From an uncultured Gemmatimonadaceae bacterium (GTDB lineage Bacteria; Gemmatimonadota; Gemmatimonadetes; Gemmatimonadales; Gemmatimonadaceae), in the NCBI GenBank assembly GCA_963829055.1, contig CAWHHI010000013.1:26478-90477 (forward strand): a DNA stretch of 64,000 nt, written 5' to 3'. Shown one piece after another: positions 9,257-20,195 of this stretch; position 1 is the first letter of the stretch, and each line of letters opens with the position of its first letter. The notes below the pieces were generated by a model. That model made no database searches, had not been told where the DNA came from, and saw nothing but the letters and a program-made list of their open reading frames with translations. The position numbers were made by a program, and so were the translations under genes.

Positions 9257-10084
9257 ATGCCGCCCCGTCACCTCGAAGTCTCCACCGCCAACACCGCGTT
9301 CCAGCGCATCGACGTGCTGCGTCGAAACCGGAACAAGCGGCATCGCTATGGCGAGTTCGTGGTCGAGGGCGTGAGAGCGATCAATGGCGCACTGGCCGCT
9401 GGCTGGACGGTCCGCTCCTTCGCCTACCCGCGTGACCGTCAGCTGTCGCGCTGGGCGACCGACATTCTCGCGACGTCAACGGCAGAGTCGCACCTGGCTG
9501 TTGCCCCTGCCCTGTTCGACACGATCAGCGAGAAGGAAGACTCGTCCGAGCTGCTGGCGGTCGTCGCCATGCGTCCCGACTCCGTCGAACGAATTCCCAC
9601 GGGCCCAGGGATGGCCGTCGTGGTCGTCGATCGTCCCGGCAGCCCCGGCAATCTCGGAACGCTGATCCGCTCGTGCGACGCGTTCGGCGTGGCCGGCGTG
9701 ATCGTGACGGGCCACGGCGTCGACCTCTACGAGCCGGCCACGATCCGCGCGAGTGTCGGCTCCTTCTTCTCCGTCCCGTGCATCGCGCTCGAGTCGCATC
9801 GAGAGGTGGCCGAGTGGGTTGGCGAGCTTCGCGGATCGTACAGCGGACTCACGGTTGTCGGGACGAGTGCGCGGGCGTCATCCGAGCTCCGGGATTTTCA
9901 CTGGGGAACGGAGGTCGTCCTGCTCGTCGGCAACGAGACGAACGGGCTCAGTCATGCCTACCGCGAGATGTGCGACGACATCGTGCGCATCCATATGCGA
10001 GGGACGGCGACGTCGCTGAACGCGGCGGTCGCGACGTCCATCGTGCTTTACGAGCTGGACACCCATCGAAGACGGCTCGACTGA
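9257..10084 (+). CDS. TrmH/SpoU family RNA methyltransferase
   Basis: PGNLGTLIRS, GNETNGL, SLNAAVA SPOUT motifs. Confidence 0.93.
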   Translation: MPPRHLEVSTANTAFQRIDVLRRNRNKRHRYGEFVVEGVRAINGALAAGWTVRSFAYPRDRQLSRWATDILATSTAESHLAVAPALFDTISEKEDSSELLAVVAMRPDSVERIPTGPGMAVVVVDRPGSPGNLGTLIRSCDAFGVAGVIVTGHGVDLYEPATIRASVGSFFSVPCIALESHREVAEWVGELRGSYSGLTVVGTSARASSELRDFHWGTEVVLLVGNETNGLSHAYREMCDDIVRIHMRGTATSLNAAVATSIVLYELDTHRRRLD

Positions 10085-10137
10085 CGACGCCCGTCAGCGC
10101 TGTCCGTTGTCGCGTGCGTTCGACGTAGAATGAAGTC

Positions 10138-10942
10138 ATGAAGACCCATGACGCAGTTGCGCGAGAGACAGTTGCGCGGGCGACGTACATCGGCGGCCCG
10201 ACGATCCTCCTCGAGGTCGACGGGCTCCGTCTGCTCACCGACCCGACGTTCGACCCCGCCGGCTCCGAGTACACGACGCCGGTCTACACGCTTCGCAAGA
10301 CACAGAGCCCCGCGATTCCGGCCGAGAACCTCGGGCGCGTGGACGTGGTGCTGCTGAGCCACGACCATCACTTCGACAATCTCGATCGTGCGGGCCGCAC
10401 CGTCCTCGCGCACGCGCAGCGCGTGATCACGACGCCCGTCGGAGCTGAGCGCCTCGGGTCACCGGCGGTCGGGGTAATGCCATGGCAGACGATCGAGATC
10501 CCGACGCCTAACGAACGGACGCTGCTCGTGACGGGCACGCCAGCCCGACACGGGCCGCCTGACGGAGACCGCGGGCCGGTCACCGGTTTCGTGGTCAGGC
10601 TCGCCGATCGTCCAGATGACGCGATCTACATCTCGGGTGACACGGTGTGGTACGACGGGGTGGCGGATGTCGCGCGACGATTTCGCGTGCGCGTGGCCGT
10701 GCTGTTCATGGGCGCGGCTCGCGTACGCGAAGTCGGTCCGGCGCATTCTGACGTTCGCCGCGGGCGAGGGCCCAACGGCCGCCCGTGCGTTTCCCGACGC
10801 CGCCATCGTGCCGCTTCACTACGAGGGATGGGAGCACTTTTCCGAAGGCCGCCCGCTCATCGAGCGCGCGTTCGCCGAGGCTGGGTTGGCATTGCGTGTT
10901 CGCTGGCTCGAGCCTGGCGTCCCGACCGACCTCCGACCCTGA
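10138..10942 (+). CDS. MBL-fold metallo-hydrolase (frameshift near 10745)
   Basis: LLTDPTF, SHDHHFDNLD, ISGDT, PLHYEGWEHF. Confidence 0.88.
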
Positions 10943-10974
10943 GAGTGCGGCGGACCGCGGAAATTTCACGCGGT

Positions 10975-11004
10975 TGTCGATATCCGATCCGGTCGTTCGA
11001 CGTA
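10975..11004 (+). promoter_or_regulatory. Putative ECF42-type promoter
   Basis: TGTCGA-N17-CGAC upstream of a YciI-sigma operon. Confidence 0.65.
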
Positions 11005-11069
11005 ATCATAGAAGCGGCTCGGTGTGCGAGCCGCCGAGCAAGCCCCAAACCCGCGATGAGGATCCGACA

Positions 11070-11496
11070 ATGCGATTCATGGTGATGATCAAAGCCGACG
11101 CCGAGTCCGAAGCCGGCGTCATGCCCAGCCAGCAATTGCTCACCGAGATGGGGAAGTACAACGAAGAGCTCGTCAGGGCGGGCGTCATGCTCGCCGGCGA
11201 GGGACTTCACCCGAGCTCCAAGGGCGCGCGCGTCAGGTTCTCCGGGTCCAAGCGCACGGTCGTCGATGGCCCGTTCCCCGAGACGAAGGAGCTCGTCGCC
11301 GGATTCTGGCTCATTCAGGTGAAGTCGAAGGAAGAGGCGATCGAGTGGGTGAAGCGCATGCCCGAACCCGACCGGAGCGGAGTCAGAGATCGAGATCCGC
11401 CAGGTCTTCGAGGCCGAGGACTTCGGGGCGGAGTTCACGCCGGAGCTGCGCGAGCAGGAGGAGCGTCTTCGGGCTGAGGTCGCCGCCCGCGGCTAG
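11070..11496 (+). CDS. YciI/DGPF protein (frameshift near 11365)
   Basis: MRFMVMIKA, GEGLHPSSKG, DGPFPETKELVAGFW, EIEIRQVFE. Confidence 0.9.
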
Positions 11497-11679
11497 CAGG
11501 TCGCGTTGGCAGGCGAGCAGGCCGTTTGCAGAATTGGCAAGGAACGCGATGGCGAAGCGCCATGCTTCTGGCAATGAGGCCAGAATCGCCTGCCACCAGC
11601 ATTCGAATTCCAGCACCAGTCGGCGGCCCTCACGACGCGGGACTTGCACCGGACGCTGCGCGTGGTGTGATTGGGAGCC

Positions 11680-12990
11680 GTGACGGCTTCCGACACCCAC
11701 CGCACCATCGACGCGGTCTGGCGCATCGAGTCGGCGAAGCTGATTGCCGGACTCACCCGTATCGTGCACGACGTCGGGCTGGCCGAGGATCTCGCGCAGG
11801 ACGCGCTGGTCGCGGCACTCGAGCAGTGGCCTACGTCGGGCGTGCCCGGATAACCCGGGCGCCTGGCTCATGGCCATTGCCAAGCGCCGAGCGATCGACG
11901 TGTTACGACGAGGCCCGATGCTCGATCGCAAGCACGCGGAGATCGGCCACGAGCTCGAGTCGAAGCAGGAGAGCCCCGAGCCGGAGCTCGCCGAGGCGCT
12001 CGACGATGAGGTCGGCGACGACCTGCTGCGCCTCGTCTTCATCGCGTGCCACCCCGTGCTCTCGACCGAAGCGCGCGTCGCGCTCACGCTGCGCCTGCTC
12101 GGCGGACTGACGACGGACGAGATCGCGCGCGCGTTCCTCGTCCCGGAGTCGACGATCGCGCAGCGCATCGTGCGCGCGAAGCGGACGCTCTCGGACAAGC
12201 AAGGTGCCGTTCGAGGTGCCACGCGGCGCCGAGCTCGCCGCGCGCGTCTCGTCGGTCCTCGAGGTCATCTATCTGATCTTCAACGAGGGCTATTCCGCCA
12301 CGTCGGGCGACGACTGGGTGCGCCCGGAGCTCTGTCAGGACGCGCTGCGGCTCGGCCGCATCGTGGCCGAGCTCGCGCCGAACGAGCCGGAGGTGCACGG
12401 CCTCGTGGCGCTGATGGAGATCCAGGCGTCGCGGCTGCGCGCGCGCGTCGGGCCCGACGGGCGAGCCGATCGTACTGCTCGACCAGAATCGCGCGAAGTG
12501 GGACCGCGTGCTCATCCAGCGCGGGCTCGCCGCACTCGAGCGCGCCGAGTCGTTCGGCGGTGCGCTCGGGCCGTTCGCGCTGCAGGCGGCGATCGCCGCG
12601 TGTCACGCGCGCGCACGAACGGCCGGCCGAGACGGACTGGCCGCGCATCGCGTCGCTGTATCAGGCGCTGGCGCAGGTGACGCCGTCGCCGATCGTGGAG
12701 TTGAATCGCGCGGTGGCGCTGTCGATGGCGTTCGGTCCGGCGGCCGGCCTCGCGCTCGTCGACACGCTGACGTCGGAGCCGTCGCTGGCGAAGTATCACC
12801 TGCTGCCGAGCGTGCGCGGCGATTTCCTGCGGAAGCTGGGTCGATTCGAGGAGGCGCGCGTCGAGCTGGAACGGGCGGCGTCGCTCACGCGAAATGCACG
12901 CGAGCGGGAGCTGCTGCTGGAGCGGGCGCGCGGTTGCGCGGAGAGCGCGAAGGCGGCTGCCGGCGCGAGCGACACGCCTCGCGATGATGC
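11680..12990 (+). CDS. ECF42-like sigma factor (several frameshifts; end approximate)
   Basis: VWRIESAKLIA, AEDLAQDAL, ACHPVL, LIFNEGY, LQAAIAACHA, SPIVELNRAVA. Confidence 0.87.
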
Positions 12991-13029
12991 CGTGGCCGCC
13001 GACCTAACGTCCACGCCGAGGAGGCAATG

Positions 13030-13412
13030 GCGCGGAAGGCGGCGTGGATACGTCTCGATACTGCTGCTGGTCAACACCGGCGGGCTCGGCGTCTACAACG
13101 GCGTGACGGAGCTGTCGGACGCGCAGACGCCGCTTCAGCAAGTCGGTGACGGTCGGCGTGCTGGTCTACGGCGTCCTCGGTCTCGCGGCCGCGGCCGCGC
13201 TGGTCGCGCGGCGGCCGGCCGCGGTGTGGCTGTCGGCCGGGTGGGCGGTCGTCGTGACGTACGTCGCGTCGACGGCGGCGCTGGCGTACGCCGGCGATGA
13301 CGCGACGATCGGCGGGGCCATCGCCGGCGGCATCGGGGCGGGGCTGCTCGGCATCTTCGTGGTGTGGTGCGCGCGCGTCAGTACGCGAGCACCGTGCGCT
13401 GATACAGGCTGA
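13030..13412 (+). CDS. Hypothetical membrane protein (start uncertain, frameshifted)
   Basis: Hydrophobic ORF 13146..13412 plus an upstream hydrophobic segment in another frame. Confidence 0.5.
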
Positions 13413-13610
13413 CAGGATTGAACGACGAACTGCGGGAACTGCGGGAACTGCGGGAACTGCAACTCGACAGGATTAGGCAGGATTGGCAGGAATGCAGGAT
13501 GCTGCCGATCGCATCGTCGATGGCTCGGCAGCTCCTGCATTCCTGTCAATCCTGCCAATCCGTCGTCGTCTTTGTTGTTGTCTTTGTTGTTGTCTTTGTT
13601 GTTTGCGGTT
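13410..13610. repeat. Composite short-repeat / inverted-repeat element
   Basis: (GAACTGCGG)x3, CAGGATT-type 9-10-mers with inverted counterparts, (GTTGTCTTTGTT)x3. Confidence 0.85.
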
Positions 13611-13742
13611 CCCCTGACGTTTCCTGTCCATTGGCTACATCTCAACAGGAGCCCGACTGGCCTGTACATTGTGCCCGGCAAGAGCGAGCAGCGAGCAGCC
13701 ATCCTGTCGCGACGTACTCGGACCGTGGGAAGGAGCGTCGGA

Positions 13743-14577
13743 ATGTTCAGGACACGTAGGGTCGTCGTCACCGTGTGTTCCCTCGTCGCGGCCTGTGCGG
13801 CGCCGGCGTTAGGCCAATCCGTGCAGTACCGGTCGCCCGCGGGCGTCGAGTATCGGTCGCAGGTCGACACCGGACCGATCGCGCGTGCCCAGGCGGCGCT
13901 CACGGCCGATCCGAAGAACGTGCAGCGCTTCATCGATCTCGGTGTCGCGCAGTCGGGCGCGCGGCAGTTCCGCGAGGCGATCCAGACGTTCACGAGCGGG
14001 CTGGCCATCGCGCCTGACAACGCGATGCTCTACCGGTGGCGCGGGCATCGGCATCTCTCGGTGCGCGAGTTCGACCAGGCGACAGGCCGATCTCACGCAC
14101 GGCTACAAACTCGACAGCACGAACTACGGCATCCTGTATCACCTGGGGATCGTCCGCTACATTCGCGGCGATTTCGCCGGCGCGGCGGCCGCGTTCACGC
14201 GCGCGCAGCCGCGCGCGCCGGACGCCGGCGAGCTCGCCGGGTCGACCGACTGGTTGTGGATGTCGCTCATGCGCGCGGGGCGCAAAGCAGAGGCGAAGGC
14301 GATGCTCGCGCGTCGCCCCGATTCGCTCGCGGTCGACAACGCGTACGCGCGACGGCTCAAGCTGTATCGCGGCGAGATCGGCCCCGACGCGGTGTTCACA
14401 CCGGCGGATACGGCGGACGTGCAGATCGCGACGCTCGCGTATGGTCTCGGCAACTGGTACCTCGTGCACGGCGACACGGCGAAGGCGCGCGCGAACTTCG
14501 AGCGATCGGTGAAGTCGGGCGGCTGGCCGGGCTTTGGATTCATCGTGTCCGAAGTCGAGCTGCGTCGGGTGAAGTAG
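13743..14577 (+). CDS. Exported TPR-repeat protein (frameshift near 14085)
   Basis: Signal-like N-terminus; TPR-like helices YRWRGHR, LYHLGI, AYGLGNWY. Confidence 0.75.
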
Positions 14578-14728
14578 TGTCATTCCGAGCAGGTTGTCAT
14601 CCCGAGCGAGCGCAGCGGGGACTGCTTCGGCGTGAGGCATCCGTTGCTCTCGCCGGCTACGAGTGCCCTCTACCGCGCGGAACGAGGATTCCTCGACTCC
14701 GCGCCTTCGGCGCTCCGCTCGGAATGAC
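14578..14728. repeat. R2-type REP-like palindrome (left arm diverged)
   Basis: GTCATTCCGAGC ... GATTCCTCGACT..GCTCGGAATGAC. Confidence 0.8.
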
Positions 14729-15175
14729 AGCACTTCGATACGCGTACTCGGGCAGCGACGAAGTCCCACGTCCTCGACAGCGTCGCGCCCGACGTGTTCG
14801 ACCACGGGATCGATCCGCGCTGGCGCGCCGAGTTCTTCGCGGACCCGCGCCATCATCTCGCGGTCGCCCTCGACGATGACCTCGTCGTCGGCATGGCGTC
14901 CGGCGTGCACTACGTCCACCCCGACAAGGCGCCCGAGCTCTGGATCAACGAAGTCGGCGTGTCGGCGACGCACCAGGGCCAAGGCATCGGACGGCGTCTC
15001 CTCGCGCGCTCTGCTCGAGCATGGCGAGTCGCTCGGATGCGATGAAGCGTGGGTCCTGACGAGTCCCAACAACGCGCCGGCCGTGCGCATGTATACGGCC
15101 GCGGGTGGCGTCGTCGGAGACGAACCAACCGTGATGTTCACATTCCCCCTTCGCCAACGCGAGCGTGACGGCTGA
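14724..15175 (+). CDS. GNAT acetyltransferase (frameshifted; start uncertain)
   Basis: VVGMASGVHYVHPDK, INEVGV..HQGQGIG, AWVLT..NN..A..MY. Confidence 0.82.
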
Positions 15176-16841
15176 GGCGCGGGCCGAAGCGGATGTCATC
15201 GTCGTCGGAGCGGGACTCGCGGGACTCGTCGCCGCCGCGGAGAGTCGCGGACGCCGGCCGCCGCGTCATCATCGTCGAGCAGGAACCCGAGCAGTCGCTC
15301 GGCGGGCAGGCGTTCTGGTCGCTCGGCGGACTCTTTCTCGTGAACTCGCCGGAGCAGCGCCGCCTCCGCATTCGCGACTCGTACGAGCTCGCGCTGCAGG
15401 ACTGGATGGGCTCCGCGGGGTTCGACCGCGACGAAGACACGTGGCCGCGTCGATGGGCCGAGGCGTATGTCGACTGGGCGCGGGCGAGAAGCGTGCGTGG
15501 CTTCGCGCGCAAGGCATTCGCTTCTTCCCTGTCGTCGGCTGGGCGGAGCGCGGCGGATATCTCGCGACGGATCACGGCAATTCGGTCCCGCGCTTTCACG
15601 TCACGTGGGGTACAGGACCCGGAGTCCTCGAGCCGTTCGTGCGCCGCGTTAGGAACGCCGAGGCCCGTGGCCTCGTTGCGTTCCGCTTTCGTCATCGCGT
15701 CAGCGAGCTGACACTTTCCGGTGGCACGGTGACCGGCGTGCGCGGAGAAGTCCTCGAGTCGAGCACCGCGGAGCGCGGCGAGGGCAGCTCCCGCGTGGCC
15801 GTCGGCGAGCCTTCGAGATGAAGTCGGACGCGGTGATCGTCACGTCGGGCGGCATCGGCGGCAACCACGACCTCGTGCGTCGCAATTGGCCCGCACGACT
15901 CGGCGATCCGCCCGAAGCACATGCTCTCGGGAGTGCCCGAGCACGTGGACGGTCGCATGCTTGGGCATCGCCGAGCGTGCGGGAGGCCACGTGATCAACG
16001 CCGACCGGATGTGGCACTACGTGGAGGGAGTCGAGAACTGGAATCCGATCTGGAGCCGCCACGGGATTCGCATTCTGCCCGGGCCATCGTCGGTCTGGCT
16101 CGACGCGCGCGGCAATCGCCTCCCCGGCCCGCTCTTCCCGGGCTTCGACACACTCGGCACGCTCGCTCATCTGAGGCGCACGGGCCACGACCATTCGTGG
16201 TTCGTGCTCACACAGCGGATCATCGCGAAGGAATTCGCGCTGTCGGGCTCCGAGCAGAATCCTGACCTGACGAGTCGCAGTTGGCGACAGGTGATTGGCC
16301 GCGCGCGCGGCGGGAACGCGCCGGCGCCGGTCGAGGCGTTCAAGCAGCATGGCGCGGACTTCATCGTCGAGCGAACGCTCCCCGAGCCTCGTCCGACGGA
16401 TGAATGCGCTCGTCGGCGAGCCGCTGCTCGATGCGGCACGAGGTCGAGCGCGTGATCGTCGCGCGCGATCGCGAGATGACGAACGAGTACACGAAGGACG
16501 CGCAGGTCATGGCGATCCGCAGCGCGCGCCGCTACCTCGGCGACCGGCTCATTCGCACGGCGGTCGCCGCATCGCATTCTCGATCCCGACGCCGGGCCGC
16601 TCATTGCCGTTAGGCTGCACGTGCTCACGCGAAAATCGCTCGGCGGTCTGGAGACGGATCTCTCCGCGCGCGTGCTGACGGCATAGCGGCGAGCCACTCG
16701 CGGGCCTGTACGCGGCAGGCGAGGTGGCGGGCTTCGGCGGCGGCGGCATGCACGGCTACCGTGCGCTCGAGGGGACGTTCCTCGGCGGCTGTCTGCTTCT
16801 CGGGCCGAATCGCAGGGCGGCAAGCGGTCGCTCCTAGCTGA
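15165..16841 (+). CDS. FAD-binding dehydrogenase (many frameshifts; end approximate)
   Basis: VIVVGAGLAGL, LGGQAFWSLGGLF, GNSVPRFHVTWGTG, MWHYVEG, GLYAAGE..GFGGGGMHGY. Confidence 0.85.
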
Positions 16842-16885
16842 GAGCCGCTCGCTGCTCAACTGCATTCAGAGCATCTGGCAAGGCT

Positions 16886-17049
16886 TGGCCAGTACCAAGC
16901 TTGTCAGCGTACTACTCAGTACGAGGTATCAGGCATCAGGTCCCGTATCCGCCGGCTTGGGAGTCGCAGGGCTGCTCGCTGACGACTGGGTGGTGTCACC
17001 CTGATGCCTGAAACCTCCTCCTAAGAACTGAAGTGCTCAGTACTGGCCA
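16886..17049. repeat. R4 long-hairpin element copy A (reverse orientation relative to B and C)
   Basis: TGGCCAGTAC..GAGGTATCAGGCATCAGG..CCTGATGCCTGAAACCTC..GTACTGGCCA. Confidence 0.88.
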
Positions 17050-17186
17050 GGACGCTACGCGATGTCGCCGTAACCACCGTTCCCGTTCGCCGTTCCCGCG
17101 GCCTTCCGGCCGCCGCCCCTTCCTACGACCTCGATCGCGGTGGAGTATCAAGGACCGATTGCCCTTGGCTCTTTCGCGGAGGTCGT

Positions 17187-19959
17187 ATGCGGATTTGGTA
17201 CCCGGCACGCCTCGCAGCTTTCCGTCCTCACCGTCGCGACCGCGACCACTGCCGTGCACGCGCAGGTCGGCACGATCCGCGGTAGCGTCGTCGATTCGAC
17301 CGGCGCGCCCATTGCGGGCGCGCTGCTCGCGGTCGATCGCACGGCCGTTCGCGCTCAGGCGACTTCCGCCGGCAACTACGCTCTCCTCGGCGTCCCGGCC
17401 GGTGCGCGAACCATCCGCGCGCAGATCATCGGCTACACGCCGGTGACGATCGAGGTGACCGTCAAGGCAGAACGAGACCGTCACGCAGGACATCACGCTC
17501 ATTCGCTCCACCGTGCAGCTCGCGGCGGTCGACGTTGTCGTCGGCTCGCGCGCGTCGCACAAGGCGGCCGACGAGATCGCGGTACCCGTCGACATCATTC
17601 CGGCGGAGGTGATCTCGCAGCAGGGGACGTCAGAGCTGTCGTCGATTCTTCAGAACGTCTCGCCGTCCGTGAACTTCCCGCGTCAGAGCGTCACCGACGC
17701 CGACGATATCGTGCGGCCGTTCACGATGCGCGGGCTCTCGCCGGATCATACGCTCGTGCTCGTGAACGGCGTCCGTCGTCACCGCAGCGCGCTGGTGCAC
17801 ACGTTCGCGTTCGGCGAGCCCGCTGGCGCGACCGGGCGTCGATCTCAACGCGATGCCGGCCAGCGCCATCGGGCGCATGGAAGTGCTGCGCGACGGCGCG
17901 TCCGCGCAGTACGGCTCCGAGGCGATCGCCGGCGTGCTCAACCTCGTCATCAAGGAGGGCGAGTTCTCGCCGTTCGTGAACGCCGACTTCGGTCGCTACA
18001 TGCTCAATGACTTTCCCGACGATGGCGAGACGTTCAACGTCAACGGGGGCTGGGGACTCAAGCTCGGACGCGGCTCGTTAGGCCTGTTCGCGGAGTACGG
18101 AATCGCCAGCCGACGAATCGCGCGTGGCCCGAGGCCGCCGACCAGATCGTGGAGGGCGACGCCGACGAGGTCGACGCCAACGGCAACATCATCAAGAAGA
18201 ACAACGCCGTCGGCCAGCCGAACCACCATCTGGGTGACGGGCTCGCGAATGACGCTGCTCTCGTTCGCCAACCTGCGCTTGCCGATCAACGCCGCCGGCA
18301 CGAGTGAGCTGTACGGGTTCGGCGGCTACACGCACCGCATTGGCACCGGCAACGGCTTCTATCGCCAGGGGCTCTCCGACCGGAACTGGCCAACGATCTA
18401 CCCGCAGGGCTTCCTGCCGGAGTTCAAGCCGACGGTCGTGGATTGGTCTGCGGCCGGCGGCGTACGCGGAGTGGCGGGTGGATGGAACTACGACGGTTCG
18501 GTCTCGTACGGGCACAACTTGTTCGACTATCAGCTGCGCAACACGCTGAACGCATCGCTCGGCCCATGTCTGGACGTGCCGTGCGCGCCGGGGCTCGACG
18601 GCATCCTCGGCAACGCCGACGACCCGGGCATTCCCAACAGCACGCACTTCTTCGCCGGCGGGCTTCGCGCCGGAGAGTTGGGGTTGAACGTGACGCTGGC
18701 GAAACCGATTCAGATCGGCCTGCCTAACGCGCTCAACGTCGCGGTGGGCGCAGCGTTCCGCGACGAGACGTTCACGCTGGTGCCGGGCGAGACAGGCTCG
18801 TGGATTCAGGGCGGCCATGTGAACCAGTACGGCGACCCGGCCCCGCCGGGCTCGCAGGTGTTCAGCGGGTTCCTGCCCACCACGGCCGCCGACGAATCCC
18901 GCACCAACACCGGCGCCTACGTCGATCTCGAGACCGATCTCACGAAGCAGCTGCTCGTGAACGCGGCGGCGCGCTTCGAGGACTACAGCGACTTCGGGTC
19001 GAAGGTGAGCACGAAGCTCGCGCTCCGTTTCCAGCCCGCGACGCAGCTCGTGCTGCGCGGCGCGTTCAGCACCGGATTCCGCGCGCCCTCACTGGCCCAG
19101 AGCTTCTACGGGAGCCGGATCACGAACTTCCGGCTCGATCCGGTCACCGGCAAACAGGCTCCGTTCGAGGTCGGCATCTTCCCGGTGCAGAGCGACGTCG
19201 CAGTGACGTTAGGCGCCAAGCCGCTCAAGGCGGAGACGTCGATCAACTACAGTGCGGGATTCGCGTGGAGCCCCACGGACCAGTTCAACCTCACGGTCGA
19301 CGGCTACCTCATCGACCTGAACGATCGCATCCTGCTCACGAGCTCCATTGGCGGCGACAGCGTGGAGGCGATCCTCGCGTCGAAGGGACTCTTTCTCACG
19401 TCCGCGCAGTACTTCACGAACATCATCGACACGCGCACGAAGGGCGTCGACCTCACCGCGTACTATCGTACGATCATCGGCTCGACGAGCGCCCTGACGC
19501 TCTCGACGGGCATGAACTTCACGACGAACGCGCATCGCCGACCAGCGTCCGTTGCCGCCGGAGCTCGAGGGAACAGGCGCGGAGCTCGTGGACAAGTTCG
19601 CGATGATCCAGATCGAGAAGGAGCGCCCGGACTGGCGAGGCACGTTGACGGCGGACTACTCGCGCGGCCAGAACAACGCGCTGATCCGGACATCGTACTA
19701 CGGCAAGTTCCACTCGGCCCCCGGGCTCTGCGACACGTGCGACCAGGAGTTCGGCGGGAAGACGCTGGTGGACGTCGAGGTCGGCCACCGGTTCAGCGGC
19801 GTGCGCTGGTCGCTGGGCGCGCGTAACCTGTTCGACACGTTCCCGGACAAGAACACGCTCGACAACGGCTACGGGATCTTCCCGTGGGCGGGCGCGTCAC
19901 CGTTCGGCTATAATGGCCGGTTCGTGTACACGCGGGCGGAGATCGTCATCGGGCGGTAG
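17187..19959 (+). CDS. TonB-dependent receptor with N-terminal carboxypeptidase-regulatory-like domain (frameshifted)
   Basis: GGAGGT RBS; RGLSPDHTLVLVNG, EVLRDGASAQYGSEAIAGV, TGFRAPSL, GARNLFD, SPFGYNGRF. Confidence 0.9.
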
Positions 19960-19969
19960 AGATTCCAGG

Positions 19970-20074
19970 GTCATCCCGAGGAGCAATCGCGACGAGGGAC
20001 CTATTGTGAGGCAATTGTGGCTAGGCCGGCCACGAGGACATTACACAAGGTCCCTCGCTGACGCTCGGGATGAC
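19970..20074. repeat. R1 REP-like palindrome
   Basis: GTCATCCCGAG..GAGGGACCT / AGGTCCCTC..CTCGGGATGAC. Confidence 0.88.
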
Positions 20075-20119
20075 ACGCTACTGGAAATCGCAACTTTGTT
20101 GAAAGAGAAGCAGTCGCGC

Positions 20120-20149
20120 TGTCGATTTCGCATCCGTTGCTTCGACGTA
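20120..20149 (+). promoter_or_regulatory. Putative ECF42-type promoter upstream of an ADOP permease
   Basis: TGTCGAT-N14-TTCGACGTA, the same core as 10975-11004. Confidence 0.55.
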
Positions 20150-20195
20150 CAGGTGAGAGCAGTCAGGTAGACCAGGACACCGACGGACCCCACCA

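Noticed and set aside
11744..13300. Sigma factor fused to a membrane domain
   Set aside because: The region has several indels; read-through into the next membrane gene is more simply an error
13418..13759. Small proteins from repeat-derived ORFs (ELRELREL, LLSLLLSLL, MTKLTLGMTRLTLG at 43362)
   Set aside because: These are translations of DNA repeats with no independent coding evidence
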